From a virus, in the IMG/VR virus record IMGVR_UViG_3300008117_006248, positions 1 to 64,000 of that record: a DNA stretch of 64,000 bases; one strand, given 5' to 3'. The translations under genes were made by a program, and so were the position numbers. The notes beneath the pieces are model-generated. The model did no database searches. It worked only from the letters and a program-made list of their open reading frames with translations, and was not told the DNA's origin. This document shows positions 16,491 through 26,725 of this stretch, in pieces; the stretch's first letter is position 1, and each line of letters begins with the position of its first letter.

Positions 16491-18011
16491 ATGGATATAT
16501 TATTTGTTTCTCCCGGTAACGCCTCTGGAATTTACCAAGACCTTTCTGAAAACTATTCTGCGATAGAACCTCCGACTTGGGCATTACTTTTAGCTCAATC
16601 TTGCAGATCTATAGGTCTTAGCGTAGGAATTCTTGATATAAACGCTGAAAAGCTAAATAACGATAAAGTCTTACAAAGAATAAATGCACTCAATCCCAAT
16701 CTGATTTGTTTTGTCGTCTACGGTCAAAATGTTAATTCTGGGACCGTCAATATGTCTGGGGCATTATATACTTCTAATTTTTTAAAGGAAAAAGACGTAA
16801 AAATTCCAATCTCATACGTAGGTTCATATATGCAGGCTGTTCCTTTCAAAGTAATGAAAGACGAGCCTTCTATTGATTTTGCTTTTACGAATGAAGCGGT
16901 TTACGCTTTAAGAAATGTAGCCAAGCTTAAAGATTTTTCTAATTTAGAAAATATAAATGGAATTATTTGGAGAAAGAATGGAGTTATAACAATAAACCCT
17001 CCAGAAAAATCTGTTCCAAACGATAGGATGGATATAGACTTACCTGGTTACGCTTGGGATCTTCTTCCTTATCAAAATAAACCGCTAGATTTATATAGAT
17101 CTCCATTATGGCATTCTGAATATAATGAAGACAATAGAACACCATACGCCGCTATACAAACATCTTTAGGATGCCAATTTTCTTGCAGTTTTTGCATGAT
17201 TAATATCATTAACAGAAATGATAACGATGAAATAGGCGTAGCTGGCAAATATAGCGGCATGAGATATTGGAGTCCTGATTTTATTATTAAAGAATTCGAA
17301 AAACTGTATTCTCTTGGAGTTAGAACAATAAAAATAACAGACGAAATGTTTTTATTAAATAAAAAATTTTATGCCCCGCTTTGCGAAATGCTACGCGATA
17401 GAGGTTATGGCAAAAACTTAAGAATGTGGGCATATTCAAGGATAGACACAGTAAGAAATCCTGAGCTTCTTAAATTAGTAAGATCTGCTGGAATTAGATG
17501 GCTGGCCCTCGGCATAGAAAGCGCAGATAAAACAGTAAGACTAGAAGTATCTAAAGGAAAATTCGAAGATGTAGACATTAAAAGAGTTATATCTCAAATC
17601 CATGACGCTAACATTGAAGTAATGGCGAATTATATATTTGGCCTTCCCGGAGACACTGTTGAAAGCATGCGTAAAACTCTTGACTTTTCTAAAGATTTAT
17701 GTACATCTGGATGGAATGCTTATGCCGCCATGGCATTACCAGGAAGTCAATTGTATAAAGATGCTATCTTAAAAAATACAAAATTGCCAGACTCTTATGA
17801 AGGATATTCTTTTCATGGCTACGAGACTCTTCCCCTGCCAACAGAATCGTTGTCCGCTGAAGAAGTGTTAAAATTCAGGGATTCGGCTTTTTCCGAATAC
17901 CACTCTTCTGGCGCTTTTTTGGATAGAATAAAAAATAAATTTGGGGAAAACGCTGTAAAAAATATAAAAGACATGTTAAAGATAAAAATAGTTAGAAAAA
18001 TCTATAATTAA
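16491..18011 (+). CDS. B12-binding radical SAM enzyme (class B)
   Basis: N-terminal cobalamin-binding-like domain (EPPTWALLLA), CQFSCSFC CxxxCxxC, LGIES, NYIFGLPGDT. Confidence 0.9.
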   Translation: MDILFVSPGNASGIYQDLSENYSAIEPPTWALLLAQSCRSIGLSVGILDINAEKLNNDKVLQRINALNPNLICFVVYGQNVNSGTVNMSGALYTSNFLKEKDVKIPISYVGSYMQAVPFKVMKDEPSIDFAFTNEAVYALRNVAKLKDFSNLENINGIIWRKNGVITINPPEKSVPNDRMDIDLPGYAWDLLPYQNKPLDLYRSPLWHSEYNEDNRTPYAAIQTSLGCQFSCSFCMINIINRNDNDEIGVAGKYSGMRYWSPDFIIKEFEKLYSLGVRTIKITDEMFLLNKKFYAPLCEMLRDRGYGKNLRMWAYSRIDTVRNPELLKLVRSAGIRWLALGIESADKTVRLEVSKGKFEDVDIKRVISQIHDANIEVMANYIFGLPGDTVESMRKTLDFSKDLCTSGWNAYAAMALPGSQLYKDAILKNTKLPDSYEGYSFHGYETLPLPTESLSAEEVLKFRDSAFSEYHSSGAFLDRIKNKFGENAVKNIKDMLKIKIVRKIYN

Positions 18012-18012
18012 A

Positions 18013-18621
18013 ATGAAACAATATTCTGAAAAAGATTTATTAGATTTTGAAGAAGACATCGCAAAAGAATTTAATTCAGGCAAAATAAAGGCTCCGATTC
18101 ATCTTCACAATGGAAATGAGAAAGAAATAATAGAAATATTTAAAAACATAAATCCTAAAGATTGGATTCTATGCAGCTGGAGAAGTCATTATCACTGCCT
18201 GCTTAAAGGAGTGCCTCCAGAAGAATTAAAACAAAATATAATGGACGGAAAATCTATAGCTCTTTGTTTCCCAGAGTATAATATTTTTTCTTCAGCTATC
18301 GTAACCGGCATTCTTCCTATCGCGGTAGGAATAGGTATGGCGTCAAAAATGAATGGTGATGGAAGATGGGTGTATTGTTTTGTCGGCGACATGACATCTG
18401 AGACAGGATGTTTCGAAGAGTGTTATAAATATGTTTGCAACCACGATCTTCCAGTCAAATTTATAATAGAAGATAATGGCAAATCTGTTTGTACAGATAC
18501 TCGGAAAATATGGAACACCATAAGACTTAGCAAAGAAGGCTTATTTAATAAGCATCTTTACTATTATAAATATGAAACAAAATGGCCTCACGCTGGAGCC
18601 GGACAAAGAGTTCAATTTTAA
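18013..18621 (+). CDS. TPP-dependent E1 alpha-like subunit (short)
   Basis: HLHNGNE, WRSHYH, GDMTSETG..E...EDN TPP motif; only 202 aa. Confidence 0.85.
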   Translation: MKQYSEKDLLDFEEDIAKEFNSGKIKAPIHLHNGNEKEIIEIFKNINPKDWILCSWRSHYHCLLKGVPPEELKQNIMDGKSIALCFPEYNIFSSAIVTGILPIAVGIGMASKMNGDGRWVYCFVGDMTSETGCFEECYKYVCNHDLPVKFIIEDNGKSVCTDTRKIWNTIRLSKEGLFNKHLYYYKYETKWPHAGAGQRVQF

Positions 18622-18622
18622 T

Positions 18623-19153
18623 ATGAAATATTTTGATGAATTAAAAAGATCAATGGATTATCTAGCGGCTCATCCGGACACTTTATTTATTGGCCAAGCT
18701 GTTGAGTATGCTGGCACAGCAATGAGCAACACTTTAAAAGATGTACCAAATAATAAAAAACTAGAGCTTCCTGTTTGCGAAGATTTGCAAGCTGGAATGA
18801 CAAATGGCTTTGCTTTATCTGGCAAAATTCCAATAAGCATCTATCCACGATGGAATTTCTTTTTGCTCGCCACAAATCAAGTAGTTAATCATTTAGATAA
18901 GATCCCAATGATTTCTGATTTTAAAACTAAAGCAATTATTAGAACTGGAATTGGTTCGGAAAGACCTCTTCATCCGCAGCATCAACACGTTGGCGATTTC
19001 ACTGATGCATTTAATCTTATGCTCAAAAATGTAGAAGTAATTAGGCTTGACGAGCCAGAAGATATATTTCCAGCTTATGAAAAAGCTTTAAATAGAACCG
19101 ATGGCAAATCAACTATTTTAGTTGAGTGGGGAGATTTTTATAACGAAAAATAA
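18623..19153 (+). CDS. TPP-dependent E1 beta/transketolase pyrimidine-binding subunit (short)
   Basis: FIGQAV, ELPVCEDLQAG, NQVVNHLDK, HPQHQH; lacks the C-terminal domain; start placed at ATG 18623. Confidence 0.8.
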   Translation: MKYFDELKRSMDYLAAHPDTLFIGQAVEYAGTAMSNTLKDVPNNKKLELPVCEDLQAGMTNGFALSGKIPISIYPRWNFFLLATNQVVNHLDKIPMISDFKTKAIIRTGIGSERPLHPQHQHVGDFTDAFNLMLKNVEVIRLDEPEDIFPAYEKALNRTDGKSTILVEWGDFYNEK

Positions 19154-19171
19154 AAACTGCAATTAAAGATA

Positions 19172-19993
19172 ATGGATTTCTCTTTTTTAATTGCCTCTAA
19201 AAAACCGTATGATGACTACGCTCGAAAATCTGTTGATTCCATTTGTGCGATAGATACTAAATTAAAATACGAAATCATAATATGCCACCAAGATGAAATA
19301 AGAGACAGCAGAGTCAGATGGATAAAAGACGATAAGCTATCTGGATCTTGTTATGCTTATAATACTTGCTATAAATATTCTTCTGGTAAATATATTTTTA
19401 TTTTTACAGATGATGCTATTTTGCATGGAGACATTTACGGAACAATTGATTTTCTTGAGTCTGATTTATTTAAAAATAAAAAATTTAAGATAACAACTTT
19501 GCCTGGAATGCTGCGAGATAAAACAAGCCCTATTAATATTACAAAATTTGAAAAAGAACCGTCCTATCCTGATATATTAAAATTAACAGATTGTTATATT
19601 ATTTGTCCGCCGTTTAATGTTCCATGTTTCCCAATATTTTCTAGGGAAACCGTAGATAATTTTTTGGGTGGCATTCTTTTCCATCCAAGCGTAAAAATAT
19701 GTCATGACTGGTGGCTTGGGGCTTTTTTGTATTTTAATGGCGAACCAATAGTGCAGTACGACAAAGCTTTAATTATTGGAGATCCTATTTTAGCAATACC
19801 ACATGAAGATTTAATTTTGGAAGATACAAAAGTAAAATTTTTTGGAGAAAGCTATGTGAATACATATAGAATTATTAAAAACTATTTCAAAGGCATGCCT
19901 TACGTATACGATGAAGGAAAAAGTTATATTTCAGAGCAAGAAATCCTAAAATTAAAAAATGAAAGAAAAACATCACATCCTATTTGTAACTGA
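19172..19993 (+). CDS. Glycosyltransferase, GT-A/GT2-like
   Basis: YEIII, AYN, GKYIFIFTDD. Confidence 0.75.
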   Translation: MDFSFLIASKKPYDDYARKSVDSICAIDTKLKYEIIICHQDEIRDSRVRWIKDDKLSGSCYAYNTCYKYSSGKYIFIFTDDAILHGDIYGTIDFLESDLFKNKKFKITTLPGMLRDKTSPINITKFEKEPSYPDILKLTDCYIICPPFNVPCFPIFSRETVDNFLGGILFHPSVKICHDWWLGAFLYFNGEPIVQYDKALIIGDPILAIPHEDLILEDTKVKFFGESYVNTYRIIKNYFKGMPYVYDEGKSYISEQEILKLKNERKTSHPICN

Positions 19994-20933
19994 AAAGTGG
20001 TTCAATGGCTGCCCGCAGCTTTCATTCACAAATAATTTTCACAATTTATTCAATACATTTAACTCGGCCGTAGGTGAAGATTTTTCCTGGAACACAATTC
20101 ACATAGATGAATCGTATTCTATTTATGGAAAACATGTAGATGAAATAATCTTAAACTACTGTTTATACAATAACGTATCCGTTGTTTTTTATTCTCTTTT
20201 AGGCACTGACCCCAGAAATCCAACAATAAAAACATATCAAGCTCTTAAAAATGCTAAAATAAAGCAATGTTTTATGTGGCCAGATACTGCTGGCTGGGCT
20301 ATAGAAAAAATAAAAGAACTTGACAGTTTATCTGATCTTCACATCTCTTGGGATAATCCATCTATTAAAATTGGATATTCAAATAAGCATTTATCTATGT
20401 GGGTTCCTCAAGATCAATTTTTATTTTGCCCAGACGAACAAAATATAGATGTTAATTTTTCTGGCAGCAAGCATCAGGAAGACAGAATAGAATATTTAAA
20501 TTTTTTAATTAAAAAACTAAATGCAATATCAATTAGAGGCGGGCAAGCGGAAGAAAGGCTAAGCCCTCAGCTATATGCATTTTTGATAAGAAGAAGCAAA
20601 ATAAATCTTAATTTCCCACTGCACCCTTTCGGATTTGATCAGGTTAAAGGAAGAGTGTTTGAAGTTTTGGCTTCTAAATCTTTGCTTTTGGAAAAGGCTA
20701 ATAGCGAAACAAAAAAATTATTAATTCCAAATGAAGAATACGTTGAGTTTTACAGCCCCCAAGATGCTTTAGGCAAAATTAAATATTTTTTAAACAACGA
20801 AGAGCACAGAATCGACATAGCTCGAAAAGGATATGAAAAATATAGAGAAAAATATTCGTCTGATATATTTTGGAAAACTATAATTAATAAACTGTTTGCG
20901 TCTCAAATTTATGAAATTAACAATAATTTTTAA
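19959..20933 (+). CDS. Glycosyltransferase, GT-B (CgeB/Glyco_trans_1_2-like)
   Basis: IDVNFSGS, SKINLNF, KGRVFEVLAS, E.R..IARKGY. Confidence 0.85.
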   Translation: MKEKHHILFVTEKWFNGCPQLSFTNNFHNLFNTFNSAVGEDFSWNTIHIDESYSIYGKHVDEIILNYCLYNNVSVVFYSLLGTDPRNPTIKTYQALKNAKIKQCFMWPDTAGWAIEKIKELDSLSDLHISWDNPSIKIGYSNKHLSMWVPQDQFLFCPDEQNIDVNFSGSKHQEDRIEYLNFLIKKLNAISIRGGQAEERLSPQLYAFLIRRSKINLNFPLHPFGFDQVKGRVFEVLASKSLLLEKANSETKKLLIPNEEYVEFYSPQDALGKIKYFLNNEEHRIDIARKGYEKYREKYSSDIFWKTIINKLFASQIYEINNNF

Positions 20934-21906
20934 TACATGCGGAATATCCGGCAATGAAAATGTAGAAAGATACATTTCTTCAATAAATAGCATTCTTAAT
21001 CAAAAATTTGATGACTTTAGAGTTGTTTTGTCTAGTTGCTTAAACTCCAATAAAACAAAAAACAGACTTATAAACGAATTTAAAAATAAAATTTCTTATA
21101 GCTTTATAGACGAACTTTTACCTGTAAACATAACTTTTAATAAAAGCGTTCAAAGCTCAGTAGCTCATATTGGCAAATCCGATGGATACTTATATGTTGA
21201 TTCTGGTATTGATATGTCAAATGATTTAAATACTTTGTCTAAATTGTATGATTTGCATAAGTCTGGACCAAACGGAATGACCGCTTCTAGAGTAGATTGT
21301 GACGCTGGCTATTGGCTTTGGTTCGGCCAAAATGTTCCGGGATGGTCTCCTTATCATAATCCAACTCCGGAGCAGGATTTCGAATGCAGCCAAGCAATGT
21401 TTAAAAATGGTAATTTTACCGTCCCAATTGGCAAAACAGTTAATTTACACCTTCAGATTTTTGACAATTCTATATTTGAGTCTTTTGATAACAGATTAAT
21501 GCCTGATATTTTTGCCTCTCACTCTACGGAAGGCACTTTCACTTTCATTAATTCTTGTTTAAATAAAAAATTCGTTGTTCATAAAGATGTTTCAGTCAAC
21601 CATTTCACCAGCATGGATGGAGGAAGCTCTGGATTTAGGCCAGAAAGAGCAGGCGTCCCTGGATATCAACACACGATAAATTTTAGCAAAAAAACTATAA
21701 TGGACGCAGTTAATAGCCAAGAAGCGAAAGAATGCGGGTTCGGTTATGAGGAATGCCAAAATATACTAATTCATGATGAATCTAAATTTGATGAAAATGG
21801 ATTTTCAAAAAATCCAGAAAGATTAAAGAAATTTTTATTAGAAGGCTTTTATCTTTCAAAAGAAGAGTTTAGTTACGAAAACATCAATCATGTTTTCTTT
21901 AAATAA
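20911..21906 (+). CDS. Putative GT-A fold glycosyltransferase
   Basis: SINSILNQKFDDFRVV, YLYVDSG; island context. Confidence 0.55.
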   Translation: MKLTIIFNTCGISGNENVERYISSINSILNQKFDDFRVVLSSCLNSNKTKNRLINEFKNKISYSFIDELLPVNITFNKSVQSSVAHIGKSDGYLYVDSGIDMSNDLNTLSKLYDLHKSGPNGMTASRVDCDAGYWLWFGQNVPGWSPYHNPTPEQDFECSQAMFKNGNFTVPIGKTVNLHLQIFDNSIFESFDNRLMPDIFASHSTEGTFTFINSCLNKKFVVHKDVSVNHFTSMDGGSSGFRPERAGVPGYQHTINFSKKTIMDAVNSQEAKECGFGYEECQNILIHDESKFDENGFSKNPERLKKFLLEGFYLSKEEFSYENINHVFFK

Positions 21907-21907
21907 T

Positions 21908-22666
21908 ATGATAAAACTTTCAGTTATAATACCAGGAATAAGACCTCAAAATTGGCAAAAAATTTATGAAAGCGTTAAGGATTCTTTAGGTTCTTATCAG
22001 TTTGAAATGGTCGCTATAGGCCCAAACTTACCAAGTTCTTTTTTTAACGACAAATTAAATTTTAAATACGTAAGAGATTTTGGACACCCCAGCAGATGTT
22101 TGCAAATAGCTTCGATTTTATCTTCTGGAGAATATCTATGTTGGCTTCCTGATGACATTATTTTAGAATCAGGCTCTCTTGGTAAATGCGTCGAATTTAT
22201 GATTGGAAAATCATCTTTGGACGGAATGACGCTAAGATATTCGGAAGGGCAAGGATTTACAGGCTCTCAAGACAAAGATGACTCTTATTGGATCGGATAC
22301 ACCCACCCAGACCAAAGATTTCCGCATGTAAACAAAGATTGGAAAATAGCGCCAGTGTTTTTATATAACAGAAACCATTTTATATCAATTGGAGGTTTGG
22401 ATTGTAGATTCGAGCATATAAATTTTAATACTCATGATTTTGCTTATAGAACTCAAGCTTTAGGTGGCAAAATTTACCTTTCTCCAACTAAAGTTTTTAG
22501 CGCAGACTGGACTCCAAACGATCCTATTATATCTGGGGCTCATTATGAAAATGACGCGCCATTATTCGCTCAAATATATTCTCAACAAAATTTTATTAGA
22601 AACGTGAGCATTGATAATTGGAAAGACCAACCAAATTATTGGCCAAGAAGAAATTATAAAATATGA
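21908..22666 (+). CDS. Glycosyltransferase GT2
   Basis: LSVIIPGIR, GEYLCWLPDD, IGGLDCRF..D..YR. Confidence 0.8.
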   Translation: MIKLSVIIPGIRPQNWQKIYESVKDSLGSYQFEMVAIGPNLPSSFFNDKLNFKYVRDFGHPSRCLQIASILSSGEYLCWLPDDIILESGSLGKCVEFMIGKSSLDGMTLRYSEGQGFTGSQDKDDSYWIGYTHPDQRFPHVNKDWKIAPVFLYNRNHFISIGGLDCRFEHINFNTHDFAYRTQALGGKIYLSPTKVFSADWTPNDPIISGAHYENDAPLFAQIYSQQNFIRNVSIDNWKDQPNYWPRRNYKI

Positions 22667-23220
22667 AACTGCACCTAGGCTGTTATCGCAAAAAAATTCA
22701 CGGCTATACTAATATAGACATACGAGAAGAAGTAAATCCAGACTTAGTTGACGATGTTTTCTCTTTAGAAAAAATCTCAAATAATTCAGCGGAATTAATT
22801 TATGCCTGTCATGTTTTAGAGCATGCTAGACTGGATGAGGCTAAAAAAGCTTTTGCAAGATGGAATTCTATATTAAAGCCAGAAGGTGTTCTCAGAATAG
22901 CCGTTCCCGATTTGGAAGCTGTTTTTGATTATTATAAACAAACTGGAAATATTGCAGAGCTTAGATCTTTTATATATGGTTCTCAAAAGCATCCATACGA
23001 TATCCATTACACTGGATGGGATTTTCATTCTCTAAAGAATGACTTGGAACAATGTGGATTTAAAAATGTACGCAGATACGACTGGAGAGAAACTGATCAT
23101 TTTTATATTGATGATTATAGCCAATCTTATATGCCTAAAATTTCCTATAAATCAAGAAGAATCAACGATATAATAGAAGGAAAATTAATGAGCTTAAATG
23201 TAGAGGCCACTAAACAATGA
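22663..23220 (+). CDS. SAM-dependent methyltransferase (type 11-like)
   Basis: KLHLGC, YACHVLEH, LKPEGVLRIAVPD. Confidence 0.85.
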   Translation: MKLHLGCYRKKIHGYTNIDIREEVNPDLVDDVFSLEKISNNSAELIYACHVLEHARLDEAKKAFARWNSILKPEGVLRIAVPDLEAVFDYYKQTGNIAELRSFIYGSQKHPYDIHYTGWDFHSLKNDLEQCGFKNVRRYDWRETDHFYIDDYSQSYMPKISYKSRRINDIIEGKLMSLNVEATKQ

Positions 23221-24146
23221 AAATTCTAGTAACAGGAGGCAATGGATTAGTCGGCAATGCTATCAAAAAAATTGCATCAAAAAATCCACAATTTGATTTT
23301 ATTTTTGTCGGCAGAGAAGATTGCGATTTAACTAAAGAAAGCCAAGTCGAGTCTCTCTTTTTAAACTATAAGCCAAATTATGTCATTCATACCGCCGCTA
23401 AAGTAGGTGGAATTGGTGGCAATATGATCGGCCACGCTGACTATTTTTATCAAAATATTTTAATTAATTCTTTTCTAATACACTATTCGTGGAAATATAA
23501 TGTAGAAAAACTTTTAGCATTTTCTTCGGTTTGCGTTTTCCCAGATGACTCTCAAATTCTTAAAGAAGAGAATATGCATAATGGGCCTCCATTTTCTGGA
23601 AATTTTGCCTATGCTTTTGCGAAAAGAATGGTTGATGTTCAAATAAGAGCTTACAAACACCAGCACAATATTAAAAATTATTGCTCTATTATTCCTTCCA
23701 ACATAATTGGAACTCATGATTTTTATAATTTGCAACACGGGCATGTTCTTCCGAGCTTAATACACAAAATTTATTTAGCCAAAAAAAACAACTCTAACCT
23801 AGAAGTTTGGGGAGACGGCAAGTCCCTTAGAGAGTTTATTTTTGCCGATGATCTTGCCCTAGCTTTGGTTGATTTGCTAAAGAAAAGCAACATACCTGAA
23901 AGACTAACTATAGCTGGAAACAAACAGTATTCTATAAAAGATATTGTAGATATGCTTGTTAAAGCTTCAGGATTTGCAGGAGAGGTCATTTTCAATGGTG
24001 CTAAACCCAACGGCCAAAGAAATCGACAATCCGATTTATCTTTATTCAACAGCTTATTTCCAAATTTTAATTTTACAAACATCGAAGAAGCTGTTAAAAT
24101 TAGTTACGACTGGTTCGAGAAAAACTATCCCAACATAAGACTATGA
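23217..24146 (+). CDS. fcl: GDP-L-fucose synthase / GDP-colitose synthase (Fcl/ColC-like)
   Basis: GGNGLVG, AAKVGGI, SSVCVFP, YAFAKR, HVLPSLI, VWGDG..LREF. Confidence 0.9.
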   Translation: MKILVTGGNGLVGNAIKKIASKNPQFDFIFVGREDCDLTKESQVESLFLNYKPNYVIHTAAKVGGIGGNMIGHADYFYQNILINSFLIHYSWKYNVEKLLAFSSVCVFPDDSQILKEENMHNGPPFSGNFAYAFAKRMVDVQIRAYKHQHNIKNYCSIIPSNIIGTHDFYNLQHGHVLPSLIHKIYLAKKNNSNLEVWGDGKSLREFIFADDLALALVDLLKKSNIPERLTIAGNKQYSIKDIVDMLVKASGFAGEVIFNGAKPNGQRNRQSDLSLFNSLFPNFNFTNIEEAVKISYDWFEKNYPNIRL

Positions 24147-25324
24147 ATATAAAATGGCCATTAATGCACAACAATATCTCTCGCTCAGACGCGAATGCTA
24201 TTATTGATTTTTTGTCTCAAGACCCGCTGCCTATTCTTACCAACGCTTCGAAAGTAAAAGAGTTTGAGCAAAAGTGGGGCGAATGGTTGGGTACTAAATA
24301 CAACGTGATGGTGAACTCGGGCAGCGCAGCGAATGAGCTATCTTTGCTTTATCTTAAGCATAAATTCCCTCAAGGAGGAGAGGTCATTGTTCCCCCTATG
24401 GCGTGGGTTTCAGACGTCGCTGCCGTTTTGCAAAATGATTTTACTCCTGTTTTTTGCGATATTAAATTAAACAACCTTGCCCTCGATATCGAAGATGTTA
24501 AAAAGAAAATCACACCCAGAACAAGAGCTATTATTTTAATACATATCCTTGGATACAACGGTATTTCAGATGAGCTAATCCAAATCTGCAAAGAAAAAAA
24601 TATCTTATTGATTGAAGATGTTTGTGAGTCTCATGGGGCCACATTCAAAGGCCAAAAAGTCGGCACATTTGGTGATATTTCTAATTTTTCATTTTATTAT
24701 GCCCATCACATGACCTCTATCGAAGGAGGGATGATAAGCACAAATAATCATGACATATATCAATTAATTAGAGCTTTTAGATCTCACGGCATGCTTAGAG
24801 AAACCACGGACGAAAGTTTAAAGCAAAAAGTTTTAAATGAACATCCAGATCTTAATAAAGATTTCGTTTTCCTAGAAGCTGCTCATAATTTTAGATCAAC
24901 AGAAATCAACGCTATATTAGCCCTAAATCAAATACAAAATCTAGACGAAAATAATAAAATACGAGCAGAAAATTTAGATATATTTTTAAATAATTTAAAC
25001 CCAGAAAAGTTTTTCGTTGATTTCGACAGAGTAGGCAACTCTAATTACGCTTTCACGTTAATTCTAAAAAAACCAGATTGGGCATTAAGAATTAATGTAG
25101 AAACAGCATTGCGCAATGCAGGTATTGAGTTTAGGCGAGGTTTGTCTGGCGGAGGCAACCAACTACGTCAACCCTATCTTAAGAGATTATTTGGAAATAG
25201 TTATCTTAATTTTCCAATAACTGATCACTGCCATAACTTTGGCTGGTACATTGGAAACTACCCAGAACTTCCAAAACAGCGAATTACAGAGCTTACTTCT
25301 ATCGTAAATGATTTACCTTCATGA
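24143..25324 (+). CDS. GDP-4-keto-6-deoxymannose 3-dehydratase-like (ColD; DegT/PLP family)
   Basis: NSGSAAN, EDVCESHGA, FSFYYAHHMTSIEGG with His replacing the Schiff-base Lys; no RfbH-type CxC Fe-S motif. Confidence 0.8.
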   Translation: MNIKWPLMHNNISRSDANAIIDFLSQDPLPILTNASKVKEFEQKWGEWLGTKYNVMVNSGSAANELSLLYLKHKFPQGGEVIVPPMAWVSDVAAVLQNDFTPVFCDIKLNNLALDIEDVKKKITPRTRAIILIHILGYNGISDELIQICKEKNILLIEDVCESHGATFKGQKVGTFGDISNFSFYYAHHMTSIEGGMISTNNHDIYQLIRAFRSHGMLRETTDESLKQKVLNEHPDLNKDFVFLEAAHNFRSTEINAILALNQIQNLDENNKIRAENLDIFLNNLNPEKFFVDFDRVGNSNYAFTLILKKPDWALRINVETALRNAGIEFRRGLSGGGNQLRQPYLKRLFGNSYLNFPITDHCHNFGWYIGNYPELPKQRITELTSIVNDLPS

Positions 25325-26298
25325 TTTTAGTCAAATCTCCATTTAGAGTATCATTTTTTGGCGGATCAACCGACTATGCTGATTTTTATGAGCAGCATGG
25401 CTCTTTTATATTCGGGTGTGCTATCAATAAATATGCATATCTTTCTATCAGAAACAAGCCTAAAATTTTATCAGAAGCCAGCACCATAAGTTATTCTAAG
25501 TTTGAACGAGTTAAAGATTTAAGAGATATAGAAAATCCTTTGATCAGAGAAACTTTAAAATATTTCGGAGTAAATGGATCAATAGAATTTATCTCTTTTT
25601 CTGATATTCCATCTAGAACTGGCCTAGGAGGCTCTTCTTCTTATTGCGTCGGCATGAGCCATCTTTTAAGAACCTTTTTAGGCAAAGAAATATCAAAAAA
25701 ACAAATAGCAAAAGATGCTATAGAAATAGAAAGGAATATTCTCAAAGAAAGCGGAGGAATCCAAGACCAGATTTGGGCAGCGTATGGCGGTTTAAATACG
25801 ATAGAAATACAAAAAAATGGAAACTTCTTTGTAAAACCATTGCCAATCACAAATGAATTCAAGCAGCATCTCCGCGATTCAATGATTCTAATTTATTCTA
25901 ACGAGCAAAGAATTTCTGATAACGTAGCTAAATCTCACGAAAATAAAGATAAAATGCCAATCTTGAAATTGGCTTACGAAGCTTATAATCATTTACTTTC
26001 CGAAGACATTAAATCTATGGGAAATCTTATGTACAATGCTTGGCTCGAAAAATCTAAAATTTCCAGCCATGTTTCTACCAAATCTGTTGAGTCTATAATA
26101 TCTTCATGTATGAACGCTGGGGCTTATGGAGCTAAATTGCTAGGAGCTGGAGGATGTGGATTCGTCTTGGTTTTATGCGACCCCTCCGTTAAGAAAAAAA
26201 TATCAGAAATTTTTGCAGATAATATTTTAGAATTTGATTTTGACTATAATGGAGCTTATACAATCTTTGATAATTCATATGGATCATCCATTAAATGA
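25321..26298 (+). CDS. hddA: GHMP sugar kinase, D-glycero-D-manno-heptose-7-phosphate kinase-like
   Basis: PFRVSFFGGSTD, DIPSRTGLGGSS, GIQDQ..AAYGG, KLLGAGGCGF. Confidence 0.85.
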   Translation: MILVKSPFRVSFFGGSTDYADFYEQHGSFIFGCAINKYAYLSIRNKPKILSEASTISYSKFERVKDLRDIENPLIRETLKYFGVNGSIEFISFSDIPSRTGLGGSSSYCVGMSHLLRTFLGKEISKKQIAKDAIEIERNILKESGGIQDQIWAAYGGLNTIEIQKNGNFFVKPLPITNEFKQHLRDSMILIYSNEQRISDNVAKSHENKDKMPILKLAYEAYNHLLSEDIKSMGNLMYNAWLEKSKISSHVSTKSVESIISSCMNAGAYGAKLLGAGGCGFVLVLCDPSVKKKISEIFADNILEFDFDYNGAYTIFDNSYGSSIK

Positions 26299-26725
26299 TT
26301 TTAGAGTCGGTATCGTATCTGGATATTTTAATCCAATACACTATGGACATATAGAATATATCGATGGCGCAAAAGATAATTGCGACCTTTTGATAGCTAT
26401 AGTCAATAGCGATTTACAAGTTTTTTTGAAAGGAAGCAAGCGCTTCATGGACGAAGAGCATAGAAGAAAAATCGTTTCTAGATTAAAATCTGTTGATATA
26501 GCTACTATTTCCATTGACAAAGATAAAACTCAATGCGCTACTTTAATTAAAATAAGAGAGATGTTTCCTAAATATAAAATGTACTTTTTTAATAGCGGAG
26601 ATAGAAAGGAAGGCAACCTCGTATCGGCAGAATCTGAAACATGTAAAGCTCATAATATTTTTGAAATCGTATTAGATTTGCCTAAAATATATTCATCAAG
26701 TGATTTATTAAAAAATAATTTATGA
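26279..26725 (+). CDS. Cytidylyltransferase-like nucleotidyltransferase (HxGH family)
   Basis: SGYFNPIHYGH, IVNSD, GDR, KIYSSS. Confidence 0.85.
   Translation: MDHPLNDFRVGIVSGYFNPIHYGHIEYIDGAKDNCDLLIAIVNSDLQVFLKGSKRFMDEEHRRKIVSRLKSVDIATISIDKDKTQCATLIKIREMFPKYKMYFFNSGDRKEGNLVSAESETCKAHNIFEIVLDLPKIYSSSDLLKNNL

Noticed and set aside
18013-19153. Pyruvate dehydrogenase AMG for central metabolism
   Set aside because: Subunits are truncated, E2/E3 are absent and the context is sugar biosynthesis.
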